This document shows, one piece after another, positions 1 through 7,940 of a stretch of DNA of 35,916 bases. The stretch is from a virus (lineage: Duplodnaviria; Caudoviricetes). Location of the stretch: positions 1 to 35,916 of IMG/VR virus record IMGVR_UViG_3300037484_001195. The stretch is one strand, 5' to 3'. Numbering within the stretch: the stretch's first letter is position 1; the number at the start of each line of letters is the position of its first letter. Made by a program: the position numbers and the translations under genes. Under the pieces are notes generated by a model. It was not told the DNA's origin. It made no database searches and was given only the letters and a program-made list of their open reading frames with translations.

Positions 1-2
1 CA

Positions 3-320
3 AGAATTCCTGCTAGACGAACACCGAAGATGATGGATGTATGGCTCAAAACTGTCAATAGTTTGTGTGATAGAATTGAAGTTGACACAAAACATATTAT
101 GGAGTGCAACGAAGAAGATCAAGTGTTAGATGCTTTCATTCCTACATATGGACCTTGTTCAAGTTATAAAGGTTGTCCATACTTTAACTTCTGCCTAACA
201 CAGTCAAACCCTTTGCAAATGTTAGGAGAGGTTCCAGAAGGATTTAAAGTTGAATACTGGAATCCAAATGATAGAGATGATGTTAAGAGGGTGAATATAG
301 AGGGGGGCAAGATAATATGA
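3..320 (+). CDS. PD-(D/E)XK / Cas4-like exonuclease, C-terminal fragment (5' truncated by window)
   Basis: Frame is open back to the window start. C-terminal C-x5-C-P-Y-x3-C cluster (CSSYKGCPYFNFC) followed by W-x-P, typical of phage Cas4-like nucleases. Lies upstream of the Sak4-like and SSB genes. Confidence 0.6.
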   Translation, partial: RIPARRTPKMMDVWLKTVNSLCDRIEVDTKHIMECNEEDQVLDAFIPTYGPCSSYKGCPYFNFCLTQSNPLQMLGEVPEGFKVEYWNPNDRDDVKRVNIEGGKII

Positions 321-808
321 AAGCTAGGCCTGAATTATTATTGCAGCTTCCAATTCCAAGACCTATGCATGGAGTTAATCCACGTACTATTATGGGTAGT
401 ACGTGGTGGAATGAACAGAAGAAGGAAATAAGTATTCTTCAGGATAATAAGTGTGCTGCTTGTGGTAGACAGCATAAAGACGGACTTGAGGCTCATGAGT
501 GCTATGACATTGATTACAATAAGTGCACAATGAAGTTTAAGGAGGTAGTTGGCTTGTGCTTCAAGTGTCACTCTTTTGTTCATCCTGGATATGTAAAGCA
601 ACTTATAAGATTAGGTGAAATGTCCTTGAAAGAGGCTGCTGAAATTATGCATAGAGGATATAGACTTCTAAATAAAGCTAATCTACGTAGATCATTTACA
701 TATTCAGGTGAAATTAATTGGACTAAGTGGCGTCTAGTCTTTAATGGAAAGGAGTATAAGCCTAAATACAATAGCTATGAAGTGTGGAGGAGGCATTATG
801 AGTCTTGA
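317..808 (+). CDS. HNH-like endonuclease
   Basis: CAACG...LEAHE...LCFKCHSFVH zinc/HNH-type pattern. ATGA overlap with the upstream stop. Confidence 0.6.
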   Translation: MKARPELLLQLPIPRPMHGVNPRTIMGSTWWNEQKKEISILQDNKCAACGRQHKDGLEAHECYDIDYNKCTMKFKEVVGLCFKCHSFVHPGYVKQLIRLGEMSLKEAAEIMHRGYRLLNKANLRRSFTYSGEINWTKWRLVFNGKEYKPKYNSYEVWRRHYES

Positions 809-1613
809 TATTGTTGCTGAAGTTGCTAAAATAAATGCTTATTATAAAGAAAAGCGTGGAGCCGAGCGCTATCAGGCGCTAGTATATGGAGATAAAGGAA
901 CTGGAAAAACTACGTTATATTCAACAGCAAGACTTCCAGTTCATATAGATAGTTTTGACCCTGGCGGCTCACAGGTACTAGCGGAAGAAATTGAGAAGGG
1001 AACAATAGTTGTAGATACAAGGTGGGAAACTGAGGATGTTTCAAATCCTCATGTTTTTGCTGAGTGGGATAAAGAGTTTCATCGAAGGAAAAAGGAGGGA
1101 TACTTTGCGCAATTTGCTACATATGGATTAGATTCAATTACAACCTTTTCACAGATAATTATGGCTTATGTTTTAAAGAAGCAAGGTAGGCCAGGAGGTA
1201 TTCCACAAACCGGAGCTGGTTCTGAGAATGACTATGTTCATCAGATGCTCCATCTTGAAAACAGTCTTATAGGATTATTTAGTTTGCCTTGTGATTTGAT
1301 AGTAACTGCACATCCAGAAAGTGAGAAGGATGATGCAAGTGGGAAGTTGTTTGTAAGTCCAATGATTACTGGAAAAGCAAAAATGAGGATTCCACTATTG
1401 TTTAGTGAGATGTATTATCTAAGAGTAGAAGATAAGGCTGATGGTACTACAAGGTGGTTATTGCAGACACGACCTTCAGCTATTTACAAAGCGAGTAGTA
1501 GATTGGCAAGACAGGGGAAGTTTGATAAGTTTGAAGAGTCAAATATTAAGGCTCTTCTAAAAAAGGCAGGACGTCCATATGATGATCTGCCTATTTCGTG
1601 GCTAAAAACCTAA
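798..1613 (+). CDS. Sak4-like / AAA_24 P-loop ATPase (putative recombinase)
   Basis: Walker A YGDKGTGKT, Walker B LDSIT, VTAH motif. Start moved from 744 to ATG 798, which follows the RBS GGAGGAGG. Confidence 0.75.
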   Translation: MSLDIVAEVAKINAYYKEKRGAERYQALVYGDKGTGKTTLYSTARLPVHIDSFDPGGSQVLAEEIEKGTIVVDTRWETEDVSNPHVFAEWDKEFHRRKKEGYFAQFATYGLDSITTFSQIIMAYVLKKQGRPGGIPQTGAGSENDYVHQMLHLENSLIGLFSLPCDLIVTAHPESEKDDASGKLFVSPMITGKAKMRIPLLFSEMYYLRVEDKADGTTRWLLQTRPSAIYKASSRLARQGKFDKFEESNIKALLKKAGRPYDDLPISWLKT

Positions 1614-1641
1614 TAAACCAACTAAGTAAAGGAGATGTATA

Positions 1642-2082
1642 ATGGAAGAAGATGTCAAAGATTTAGATGCTAATGCAGAATTAGAATCATTTTTGGATTT
1701 GGGAGAAGATTTGGATGACATTCCTGATCTGTCAACAGTGGTAGATGAGGATTATGAACTCCGTCTTGTTACACTAGAGAGGAGACCTGGAAAAGCTAAG
1801 GGTCCTTTCTTATTTGCACAATTTGAGCTCGTAGGACTGCCTGATACAAAAATTGTTAGGCATGTTATGATGCTTCCAGGTGCAAAAGATAGTGAACGTC
1901 AAGCAAAGAATCGTAAGCGTGCTTTAAAGTACTTTTATAAGTGCTTTGGCATCCCAACCTCAGGTCCAGTTGTATTTGCAGACTACATTGGCAATAGTGG
2001 TTGGGCGACGCTGATAGAAGAAAATGATCCTAAGTATGGAAAGCAGAATAGTATTGCTAGATTTAAAGTTACAGAAGAATAA
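1642..2082 (+). CDS. DUF669-like single-stranded DNA-binding protein
   Basis: Acidic N-terminus, 'Y.LR' strand and C-terminal 'YGKQNSIARF'. Directly follows the Sak4-like ATPase. RBS AAGGAG. Confidence 0.55.
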   Translation: MEEDVKDLDANAELESFLDLGEDLDDIPDLSTVVDEDYELRLVTLERRPGKAKGPFLFAQFELVGLPDTKIVRHVMMLPGAKDSERQAKNRKRALKYFYKCFGIPTSGPVVFADYIGNSGWATLIEENDPKYGKQNSIARFKVTEE

Positions 2083-2089
2083 ACTGTAT

Positions 2090-2205
2090 GGTAGCATGAA
2101 GTGTGCGCGCCACCCTACTTTACTATTGTAGAAAGGGACGCTCTCAATAGAGGGCAGCTATAGCAGAACTTTCGAATTAGTGCGCAAATGAGTAGGCATG
2201 CTATC
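2090..2205 (+). ncRNA. Putative structured ncRNA 1 (multi-branch)
   Basis: Outer stem GGTAGCATG/CATGCTATC, inner stem TGCGCGC/GTGCGCA, hairpins TTTAC-TATT-GTAGA (within CCCT/AGGG) and GCTCTC-AATA-GAGGGC. Each helix has a G-U pair on the + strand. Confidence 0.5.
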
Positions 2206-2211
2206 TTTTAA

Positions 2212-2235
2212 CTTCGTTCAATATTTTGAACAAAG
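2212..2235. repeat. 24-bp quasi-palindrome, copy 1
   Basis: CTTCGTTCAATATTTTGAACAAAG (one mismatch to consensus), between ncRNA 1 and ncRNA 2. Confidence 0.85.
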
Positions 2236-2238
2236 GTA

Positions 2239-2336
2239 TGTCTCCGTTGCTAGGAAGGTCGAGGGAACCAAAGCTGTAAGGGAAACAGGTTTCGCTGTCC
2301 TTAGAGGCAGAGGTCTTGGACGCCTAGCCGGAGGTA
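2239..2336 (+). ncRNA. Putative structured ncRNA 2 (multi-branch)
   Basis: Outer stem TGTCTCCG..GCTAGG / CCTAGC-CGGAGGTA, then GTC-GAGG/TCTT-G-GAC, and hairpins CTGT-AAGGGAA-ACAG and CTGTC-CTTAGA-GGCAG. Confidence 0.5.
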
Positions 2337-2369
2337 ATTCAGATTACTGTTGATATAGAAGGAGAAGAA

Positions 2370-2549
2370 ATGTTTATTTTTAGAATCTACGCTAGTTTTG
2401 ATTCAAGTTATAGATCTGGTTTTGAGGTTGTATTGACAGCCCCAAATGAAAAAGATGCTATCTCAAAAGTCGAAACGATAGTTTTAGCAGATAAGCTTGC
2501 AATCCGTGAGATAATTCAAATGGACCTATGGGAGAGAGGTTGGAAATAA
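2370..2549 (+). CDS. Hypothetical protein, 59 aa (not in ORF track)
   Basis: RBS GAAGGAG, ATG 2370, MFIFRIYASFDSSYRSGFEVV...WERGWK*. Confidence 0.65.
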   Translation: MFIFRIYASFDSSYRSGFEVVLTAPNEKDAISKVETIVLADKLAIREIIQMDLWERGWK

Positions 2550-2552
2550 TCT

Positions 2553-2645
2553 TCGCTCCCGTCGGCGTGAAACCCACGATCTCAATCTACGACACACGCC
2601 CGGCGAGATGATAAGTCAGGGGTGGTCTTATCCCGGCGGGAGCGA
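2553..2645 (+). ncRNA. Putative structured ncRNA 3 (four-way junction)
   Basis: 13-bp closing stem TCGCTCCCGTCGG/CCGGCGGGAGCGA enclosing three hairpins: CGTG/CACG, ATCTC/GAGAT and GATAAG/CTTATC. 57 of 93 nt are G+C in an AT-rich genome. Confidence 0.6.
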
Positions 2646-2662
2646 TTTAAAAAGGAGGAGAA

Positions 2663-2845
2663 GTGGGGACAGAATATATTTATCTAGTAGGAGCTGACGA
2701 AGTAAGTCGAGCTGGGAGTAGGATGGCAGCAGCAGCAGCAGATATGCAGAGAGCTGCAGATACAATAAGTGAAGCTATATATCAACAAAGACAGTATATG
2801 GAAGAGTGGATAACTAATTTTGAGAGGATAATGAAGCATGAATAA
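2663..2845 (+). CDS. Small coiled-coil hypothetical protein
   Basis: RBS AAGGAGG, GTG start, (GCA)5 poly-Ala run. Confidence 0.65.
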   Translation: MGTEYIYLVGADEVSRAGSRMAAAAADMQRAADTISEAIYQQRQYMEEWITNFERIMKHE

Positions 2846-3074
2846 GGAAGATCTGGCAAAAATCGTGGAAGATCTGCATAAAGAGTTACAGATTAATGCT
2901 CCAAATGTGAGTAGTATAATTTTGTTCTCAGATCATGAAACAGGAGAGTCGAAATATTATGTGTCTGGTTTTATAGAAGTGCAAGCTACATTGATTAAAA
3001 TGCTGTTAGAAAAAGATAAGGTATTAGCTGCAAATGTCTATTTAAGTGTGTATCAAAATGAAAAGGGATCGTAA
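2838..3074 (+). CDS. Hypothetical protein
   Basis: Overlaps the upstream stop; RBS GAGG. Confidence 0.6.
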   Translation: MNKEDLAKIVEDLHKELQINAPNVSSIILFSDHETGESKYYVSGFIEVQATLIKMLLEKDKVLAANVYLSVYQNEKGS

Positions 3075-3098
3075 CTATGTTCAATATTTTGAACAAAG
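3075..3098. repeat. 24-bp quasi-palindrome, copy 2
   Basis: CTATGTTCAATATTTTGAACAAAG, directly after TAA (3072-3074) and abutting the next RBS. Confidence 0.9.
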
Positions 3099-3109
3099 GG
3101 AGGATTATA

Positions 3110-3313
3110 ATGATTAGTCCTGAGGCAGTCGTTGCAGCCTTGCTTCACCTAAATACTGGAGTCTTGTATAATAAAGATATGTGTCGATTTGAGTTCTTTC
3201 TAGGTGATAAATTAGTAGGTTGGCATAGAGATTGTAAATCTTATAGGGAACATAAAAGAGAAATAGATATGCTACTTTGGCAACAGATTTTTGAGAGGAG
3301 GTATGATGATTAG
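3110..3313 (+). CDS. Hypothetical protein
   Basis: Start moved to ATG 3110, after RBS GGGAGG. The track's 3077 start lies inside the palindrome. Confidence 0.55.
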   Translation: MISPEAVVAALLHLNTGVLYNKDMCRFEFFLGDKLVGWHRDCKSYREHKREIDMLLWQQIFERRYDD

Positions 3314-3524
3314 AGATAACATGCCAAGATTAAACGTGGAAATAACAGAGGAACAAGATGAAGCTTTACGAAAGCTGATACCGTGGGGAATGAAGCATCA
3401 TCTTTTTAGTGCTATCATCGATGAACTTATTGAGGTTATTAAAGAACATGGAGAGATGGCAATCACTGCTATTTCATGTAAGAAAGTAAAGTTTATAGAG
3501 GTATTGAAGAGGAAGGAGAAGTAA
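3303..3524 (+). CDS. Ribbon-helix-helix-like DNA-binding protein (putative)
   Basis: PRLNVEITEEQDEALRKL: alternating beta-strand then helix, as in Arc/CopG-type RHH proteins. RBS GAGGAGG before ATG 3303. Confidence 0.45.
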   Translation: MMIRDNMPRLNVEITEEQDEALRKLIPWGMKHHLFSAIIDELIEVIKEHGEMAITAISCKKVKFIEVLKRKEK

Positions 3525-3525
3525 T

Positions 3526-3738
3526 ATGCTATTAGAAGATTTAAAAGTTAGCATTACTAAAATGTCAACTGAAGACTTGATGAAAACTATTTTAGAGTTG
3601 AGGGCGAGTAGAAGAGTAAAAAAAGAAAGGCCTGCTGCAAAAAAAGCTGCTATAAAAACTGAGGCTTCACTTGATAAAGCAATCACTGCTTTGAGTACAA
3701 GTCAGAGACAAAAATTATTGGAATTATTAGGAGGATAA
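3526..3738 (+). CDS. Small basic hypothetical protein
   Basis: RBS AAGGAG; Lys/Arg-rich centre. Confidence 0.65.
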   Translation: MLLEDLKVSITKMSTEDLMKTILELRASRRVKKERPAAKKAAIKTEASLDKAITALSTSQRQKLLELLGG

Positions 3739-3739
3739 C

Positions 3740-5134
3740 TTGATTACAGATATAGAGCTTGGAATGATACCTATTGGTGAGATTGATGAAGGTAAACGAG
3801 CAAGGGAAGAGTATGGTGACTTAAGAGAATTGATTGAGTCTTTTAAGACTGAAGGCATTATTCAGCCTATTGCTGTTAAATTAAAATCTTATAATTCTGA
3901 TAATCTTGTTCCTGATCACCCAGGCTATCTTTTATTAGCTGGTGGTAGACGCTTTAGAGCAATGAAGCAGATGGGGATAGAATTAGTTCCTTGTAGAGTT
4001 TATTCAGCTGACTTGACAGAGATTGAAGAAAAAAGTATTGAGCTAAGAGAAAATTTATGCCGCCTTGATCTAACCTGGCTCGAGAAAATTAGGTTAGAAC
4101 AGCAGATACATAATCTTCAAATAGCAATATATGGTGAAAAAACTTCTACAAGTGTAGATGCAAAAGGGTGGAGTAAACGTGATACTGCTGATATGCTTGA
4201 CAAATCTCCTTCAAGTATTGTTCAGGATATTATGTTGAGTGAAGCTGTTGAAAAGATTCCTGAACTTAGAGATTGTAAGACAAAGGATGAAGCACGTAAG
4301 TTGCTATCAATTATGCAGGAAACGATGATTAAATCTGAGTTGGCAAGAAGGATAGAGGAACAAAGGGCAAGAACTCCTCTTGATATTGCTAGAATTGGTT
4401 TATGCAATGGCTTTATAGTGAAAGATTTTTTCACTGGCATTAAAGACATTCAGGATAGATCGGTTAACTTAATAGAGTTAGATCCTCCATATGCAATAGA
4501 CCTACCAAATTTAAAAAAGATGGGTAGTGTGGAAAGTCAGGAAATGAAGTCATATAATGAGATAGTAACGGAAGCCTACCCAGATTTTATTGAGAGAGTG
4601 ATTCATGAGTGCTATAGAGTATTAGCAGACGCAGGGTGGTTAATAATCTGGTTTGGGCCTGAACCTTGGTTTGATTATATTTATCAGATTATGACAAAGG
4701 AAGGGTTTAAATTAAGAAGAATTCCTGCAATCTGGGCAAAAAGAGCTGACGAAGAAGGATCAGGTGTTGGGCAAACTATGCAACCATCAGTCTATTTAGG
4801 AAATGCTTATGAGATGTTCTTCTATAGCAGAAAGGGAAGTCCTGCAATCTGTACTCAGGGAAGGAGTAATATCTTTAATTATAAACCAGTAAGTGCGCCG
4901 AAGAAGACTCATCCTACCGAAAGACCTATTGAGATGATTGAAGATATATTGAAGACTTTTACAGTTCCAGGAGCAAAAATTTTAGTTCCATTTCTTGGAA
5001 GTGGTAATACATTATTGGCGGCAAGTAATTTAGGTATGCAGGCTTTTGGATATGAGTTAAGTCAAGAATATAAAGATTCCTTTATAATGAGAGTACACGA
5101 AGGAAAGCCAGGAGGATATAAAAGTTATGAGTGA
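3740..5134 (+). CDS. ParB-like N-terminal domain fused to N6/N4 DNA methyltransferase (beta class)
   Basis: ParB motifs GIIQPI, LLAGGRRFRA and ENLCR, then an HTH-like segment. MTase motifs DPPY, HPTERP, PFLGSG and GYE in beta order. TTG start with RBS GGAGG. Confidence 0.85.
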   Translation: MITDIELGMIPIGEIDEGKRAREEYGDLRELIESFKTEGIIQPIAVKLKSYNSDNLVPDHPGYLLLAGGRRFRAMKQMGIELVPCRVYSADLTEIEEKSIELRENLCRLDLTWLEKIRLEQQIHNLQIAIYGEKTSTSVDAKGWSKRDTADMLDKSPSSIVQDIMLSEAVEKIPELRDCKTKDEARKLLSIMQETMIKSELARRIEEQRARTPLDIARIGLCNGFIVKDFFTGIKDIQDRSVNLIELDPPYAIDLPNLKKMGSVESQEMKSYNEIVTEAYPDFIERVIHECYRVLADAGWLIIWFGPEPWFDYIYQIMTKEGFKLRRIPAIWAKRADEEGSGVGQTMQPSVYLGNAYEMFFYSRKGSPAICTQGRSNIFNYKPVSAPKKTHPTERPIEMIEDILKTFTVPGAKILVPFLGSGNTLLAASNLGMQAFGYELSQEYKDSFIMRVHEGKPGGYKSYE

Positions 5135-5291
5135 AAATTATTTTCAAAATCTTACTAATTTAGAAGTGCTTATAAAAATTGATCAGCTAAGTGAGAATCA
5201 GTTTAGGAAGTTTAATGAGGCTATGATAAAAACTAATAATGATATGCGAATGTCTCTTTTTATTGCTAAGTCATATCCAGTAGAGGAATAA
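5127..5291 (+). CDS. Hypothetical protein, 54 aa (not in ORF track)
   Basis: ATG overlaps the MTase stop; upstream GGAGG; MSENYFQNL...YPVEE*. Confidence 0.5.
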   Translation: MSENYFQNLTNLEVLIKIDQLSENQFRKFNEAMIKTNNDMRMSLFIAKSYPVEE

Positions 5292-5293
5292 GT

Positions 5294-5416
5294 ATGTTTA
5301 GAATTTACTGTTGGCTATTCGGCCATAGGTGGACATATCTTTTGCTCGTTCAAAAGAGGGTTTGCTGGACTTGTGATAAAATAGAATCGCTTAATTCAAG
5401 GAGAGAAAATGGTTAA
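5294..5416 (+). CDS. DUF1660-like small Cys/His protein, 40 aa (not in ORF track)
   Basis: MFRIYCWLFGHRW...CWTC matches the C-x2-FGH-x-W...C-x2-C pattern. RBS GAGG. Confidence 0.55.
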   Translation: MFRIYCWLFGHRWTYLLLVQKRVCWTCDKIESLNSRRENG

Positions 5417-7940
5417 TCCTTTCCAAAATAGCAGCATTTATGTTGGAAAAAAAGTAGGTGGTGAGGGCTCGCTTGATGCTAAAATAGCCTGGATAGGTGA
5501 AGCGCCTGGAGTTATTGAAGCTAAAGAAGGAAGACCATTCAGTCCAAATGCGCCTGCAGGTAAATTAATGACTGAGTTGATGCACTCAGTAGGCCTTGCT
5601 AGAAGTGATATTTATCTTACCAATATAATAAAAGAACGTCCTGGAAAAAGTAAATTTGATCCTCGTCAAGATGACTTAACACCTTGGTTTAGAGTTAGTT
5701 CACAAGGTAAGGTTACCGTTACACCTGCATTTGTATATTATAGAGATTTATTAATTGGGGAGTTGGAGAGTGTTAAGGCTAATGTTTTCGTACCAGCAGG
5801 TAATATTTCACTATATGCCTTAACAGGCTTGACTGCAATTACAAAGCGGAGAGGATCAATATTAGAAGGAAATTTGTGGCCTGGTATGAAAGTCATACCT
5901 ACAATCCATCCTGCTGCAGCCCTGCCACATAAGAATCCACTATTTAAATATTTTATTAAGGCTGATCTTAAGAGGATATTAGAAGAATCAAAAAGTCCAG
6001 TTATAAGTTTACCTTCACGACGATTAAGGATATTACCTCGTTATGAAGACATCTGTTTATATCTTACTGACTGTAAATCAAAACAAAGAATAGCAGTTGA
6101 TATTGAAGTTTTAAATGAAGAAATAAGTCATGTTGCTATTGCACAAGCTTCAGATGATGCTATCTCAATTTCATTTACTGCACAAGGCGAAGCATTTCTA
6201 ACTCCACCTCAGGAAGCTAATGTTTGGAAGTTGATTGCTGAATTGATGGAAGATCCAGGTATAACTAAGGAAAATCAGAATATAGCATTTGATGCCGCTT
6301 TTATGTTTCGCAAACTTGGAATAGTAGTTAGGAATATGGAAGATACTATGATTCAGATGGGCATCTTATTCCCCGACTTTCCAAAGAGTCTAGGTTTTAT
6401 CACATCTTTGTATACAAGAGAACCTTATTATAAAGATGAGCGTAAAAAGCAAAGTAAGTTATTTGATGAAGCTAAGTTCAGTATATACAATGCAAAGGAT
6501 GGTGCTGTTGTTAGAGAGATATTTCCTAAATTAGAAACTGAATTAAAGAGACAAGGAAATGAAGAAACTTATAATTGGCAGAAGAGGATGATAGGTCCTT
6601 GTGTTTATATGCAAGAAAGAGGAATGAAGGTTGATGTTGAAGGACTACAGAAAGCAAATAAGGAAGCTGATGAAAAACTTATTAAGTTAGAAGCAGATAT
6701 TCAGAAAGCTGTTGGGCACAGTTTCAACCCTCGTAGTTCAACACAGGTTATGGATTACTTCTATAAAGAAATGAAAATAGATCCATACACTAAAAAGGGT
6801 AAGCCAACTGCAGATCAGAATGCTATTAAACGATTAGCAAGAAGGGGCTATCCTGTTGCTGTTATGATGAGGGGTTATAGAAAGTTACATAAATTTAAGA
6901 CCTCATATTTAGAGATGGTGATAGGTAAAGATGACCGTATACATTCTGCCATGAATCCTATTGGAACTACAACTGGAAGATTATCTGCATCAAAAGATAT
7001 TTTAGGTGAAGGTGGGAATGTTCAGACACTTCCAAAAATGTTTTATCCTTTTGTAATAGCTGATGAGAATTGCATAATGTATCATTTAGATATTAGTCAG
7101 GGCGAAAATAGAATAGTTGCAAACATCGCACCTGAGCCACTAATGAAAGAAGCATTTGATACTGGAAGAGATGTTCATAAACAGACTGCTAGTTTGATTT
7201 TTAATATTCCTTTTGATCAAGTTTCAGATGAAGAGGGAAGTAGTCAGATGGGAAACGGAGAACATAGTCAAAGATTCTGGGGTAAGAAAAGTAATCATGC
7301 TTTTAATTATGGTGAAGGTTCTGCAAAATTCAGTTTAGATTGTGACCTATCTGTGAAGGATGGTGAGTTTATATATCTACGTTATCATCAAATGTATCCT
7401 GGTGTTAGACAGTACTGGAGTTGGGTTGTCGAATCTTGTAGGAAAAATGGCAGAATGCTGACTAATCTATTTGGAAGAAAGCGACTATTTTTAGGAGACT
7501 GGCATGAAGAAATGTTTAAAGATTTATACGCTTTCATTCCACAAAGTACGATAGCTGATAAAGTTAATAGACAGGGTGTAATTCCTATCTATGAAGATCA
7601 AGATAACTTTAAATGTATAGATCTACTAAACCAAATTCATGATGCTATTTTATTCCAGATTCCTTTATCATATAGCTGGATAGATCATGCTGAAGCCTTA
7701 TTAAAACTTATAAACCTTATAACAACTCCTTTAAAGTGGCACAGCAGTGAATTTATTTTACCAGTTGATTTAAAGATGGGAACTAATTTAGCGGATATGA
7801 CAGGAGTAAAATATGAGTCGGAAGTTGGAGAATTGGCTAGACAGCTTTCTGATCTTCACAGAGAATACAGAGCCAAAAAAGTCATTCCGGCTCTGGACAG
7901 GGATTTCGACGATAGCAGCGATGTTGCAGAGGAAGGTTAG
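5409..7940 (+). CDS. polA: Family A DNA polymerase with N-terminal uracil-DNA glycosylase-like domain and 3'-5' exonuclease
   Basis: UDG family-4 motifs GEAPG..E..EGRPF, TN..KERP and TIHPAA. Exo motifs DIE, NIAFD and YNAKD. TTTGRLS, motif A DISQGENR, motif B RFWGKKSNHAFNYG, motif C QIHD. Confidence 0.93.
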   Translation: MVNPFQNSSIYVGKKVGGEGSLDAKIAWIGEAPGVIEAKEGRPFSPNAPAGKLMTELMHSVGLARSDIYLTNIIKERPGKSKFDPRQDDLTPWFRVSSQGKVTVTPAFVYYRDLLIGELESVKANVFVPAGNISLYALTGLTAITKRRGSILEGNLWPGMKVIPTIHPAAALPHKNPLFKYFIKADLKRILEESKSPVISLPSRRLRILPRYEDICLYLTDCKSKQRIAVDIEVLNEEISHVAIAQASDDAISISFTAQGEAFLTPPQEANVWKLIAELMEDPGITKENQNIAFDAAFMFRKLGIVVRNMEDTMIQMGILFPDFPKSLGFITSLYTREPYYKDERKKQSKLFDEAKFSIYNAKDGAVVREIFPKLETELKRQGNEETYNWQKRMIGPCVYMQERGMKVDVEGLQKANKEADEKLIKLEADIQKAVGHSFNPRSSTQVMDYFYKEMKIDPYTKKGKPTADQNAIKRLARRGYPVAVMMRGYRKLHKFKTSYLEMVIGKDDRIHSAMNPIGTTTGRLSASKDILGEGGNVQTLPKMFYPFVIADENCIMYHLDISQGENRIVANIAPEPLMKEAFDTGRDVHKQTASLIFNIPFDQVSDEEGSSQMGNGEHSQRFWGKKSNHAFNYGEGSAKFSLDCDLSVKDGEFIYLRYHQMYPGVRQYWSWVVESCRKNGRMLTNLFGRKRLFLGDWHEEMFKDLYAFIPQSTIADKVNRQGVIPIYEDQDNFKCIDLLNQIHDAILFQIPLSYSWIDHAEALLKLINLITTPLKWHSSEFILPVDLKMGTNLADMTGVKYESEVGELARQLSDLHREYRAKKVIPALDRDFDDSSDVAEEG

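Noticed and set aside
2263-2282. c-di-GMP-I riboswitch (GGGAACCAAAGCTGTAAGGG resembles GGGACGCAAAGC)
   Set aside because: The upstream GGCAAA and GNRA-capped P2 elements are missing, so the resemblance is only partial.
2090-2645. Canonical tRNAs or a hammerhead ribozyme
   Set aside because: No GTTCRA T-loop in the right context, no 7-nt anticodon loop with tRNA geometry, no CCA end and no CTGANGA core.
3075-3098. Palindrome as a dif site or LexA box
   Set aside because: CTATGTTCAAT resembles the XerD arm TTATGTTAAAT but points the wrong way relative to the spacer and has no XerC arm. GTTC-N8-GAAC does not match the LexA spacings I know (GAAC-N4-GTTC, TGTTC-N4-GAACA, GTTC-N7-GTTC).
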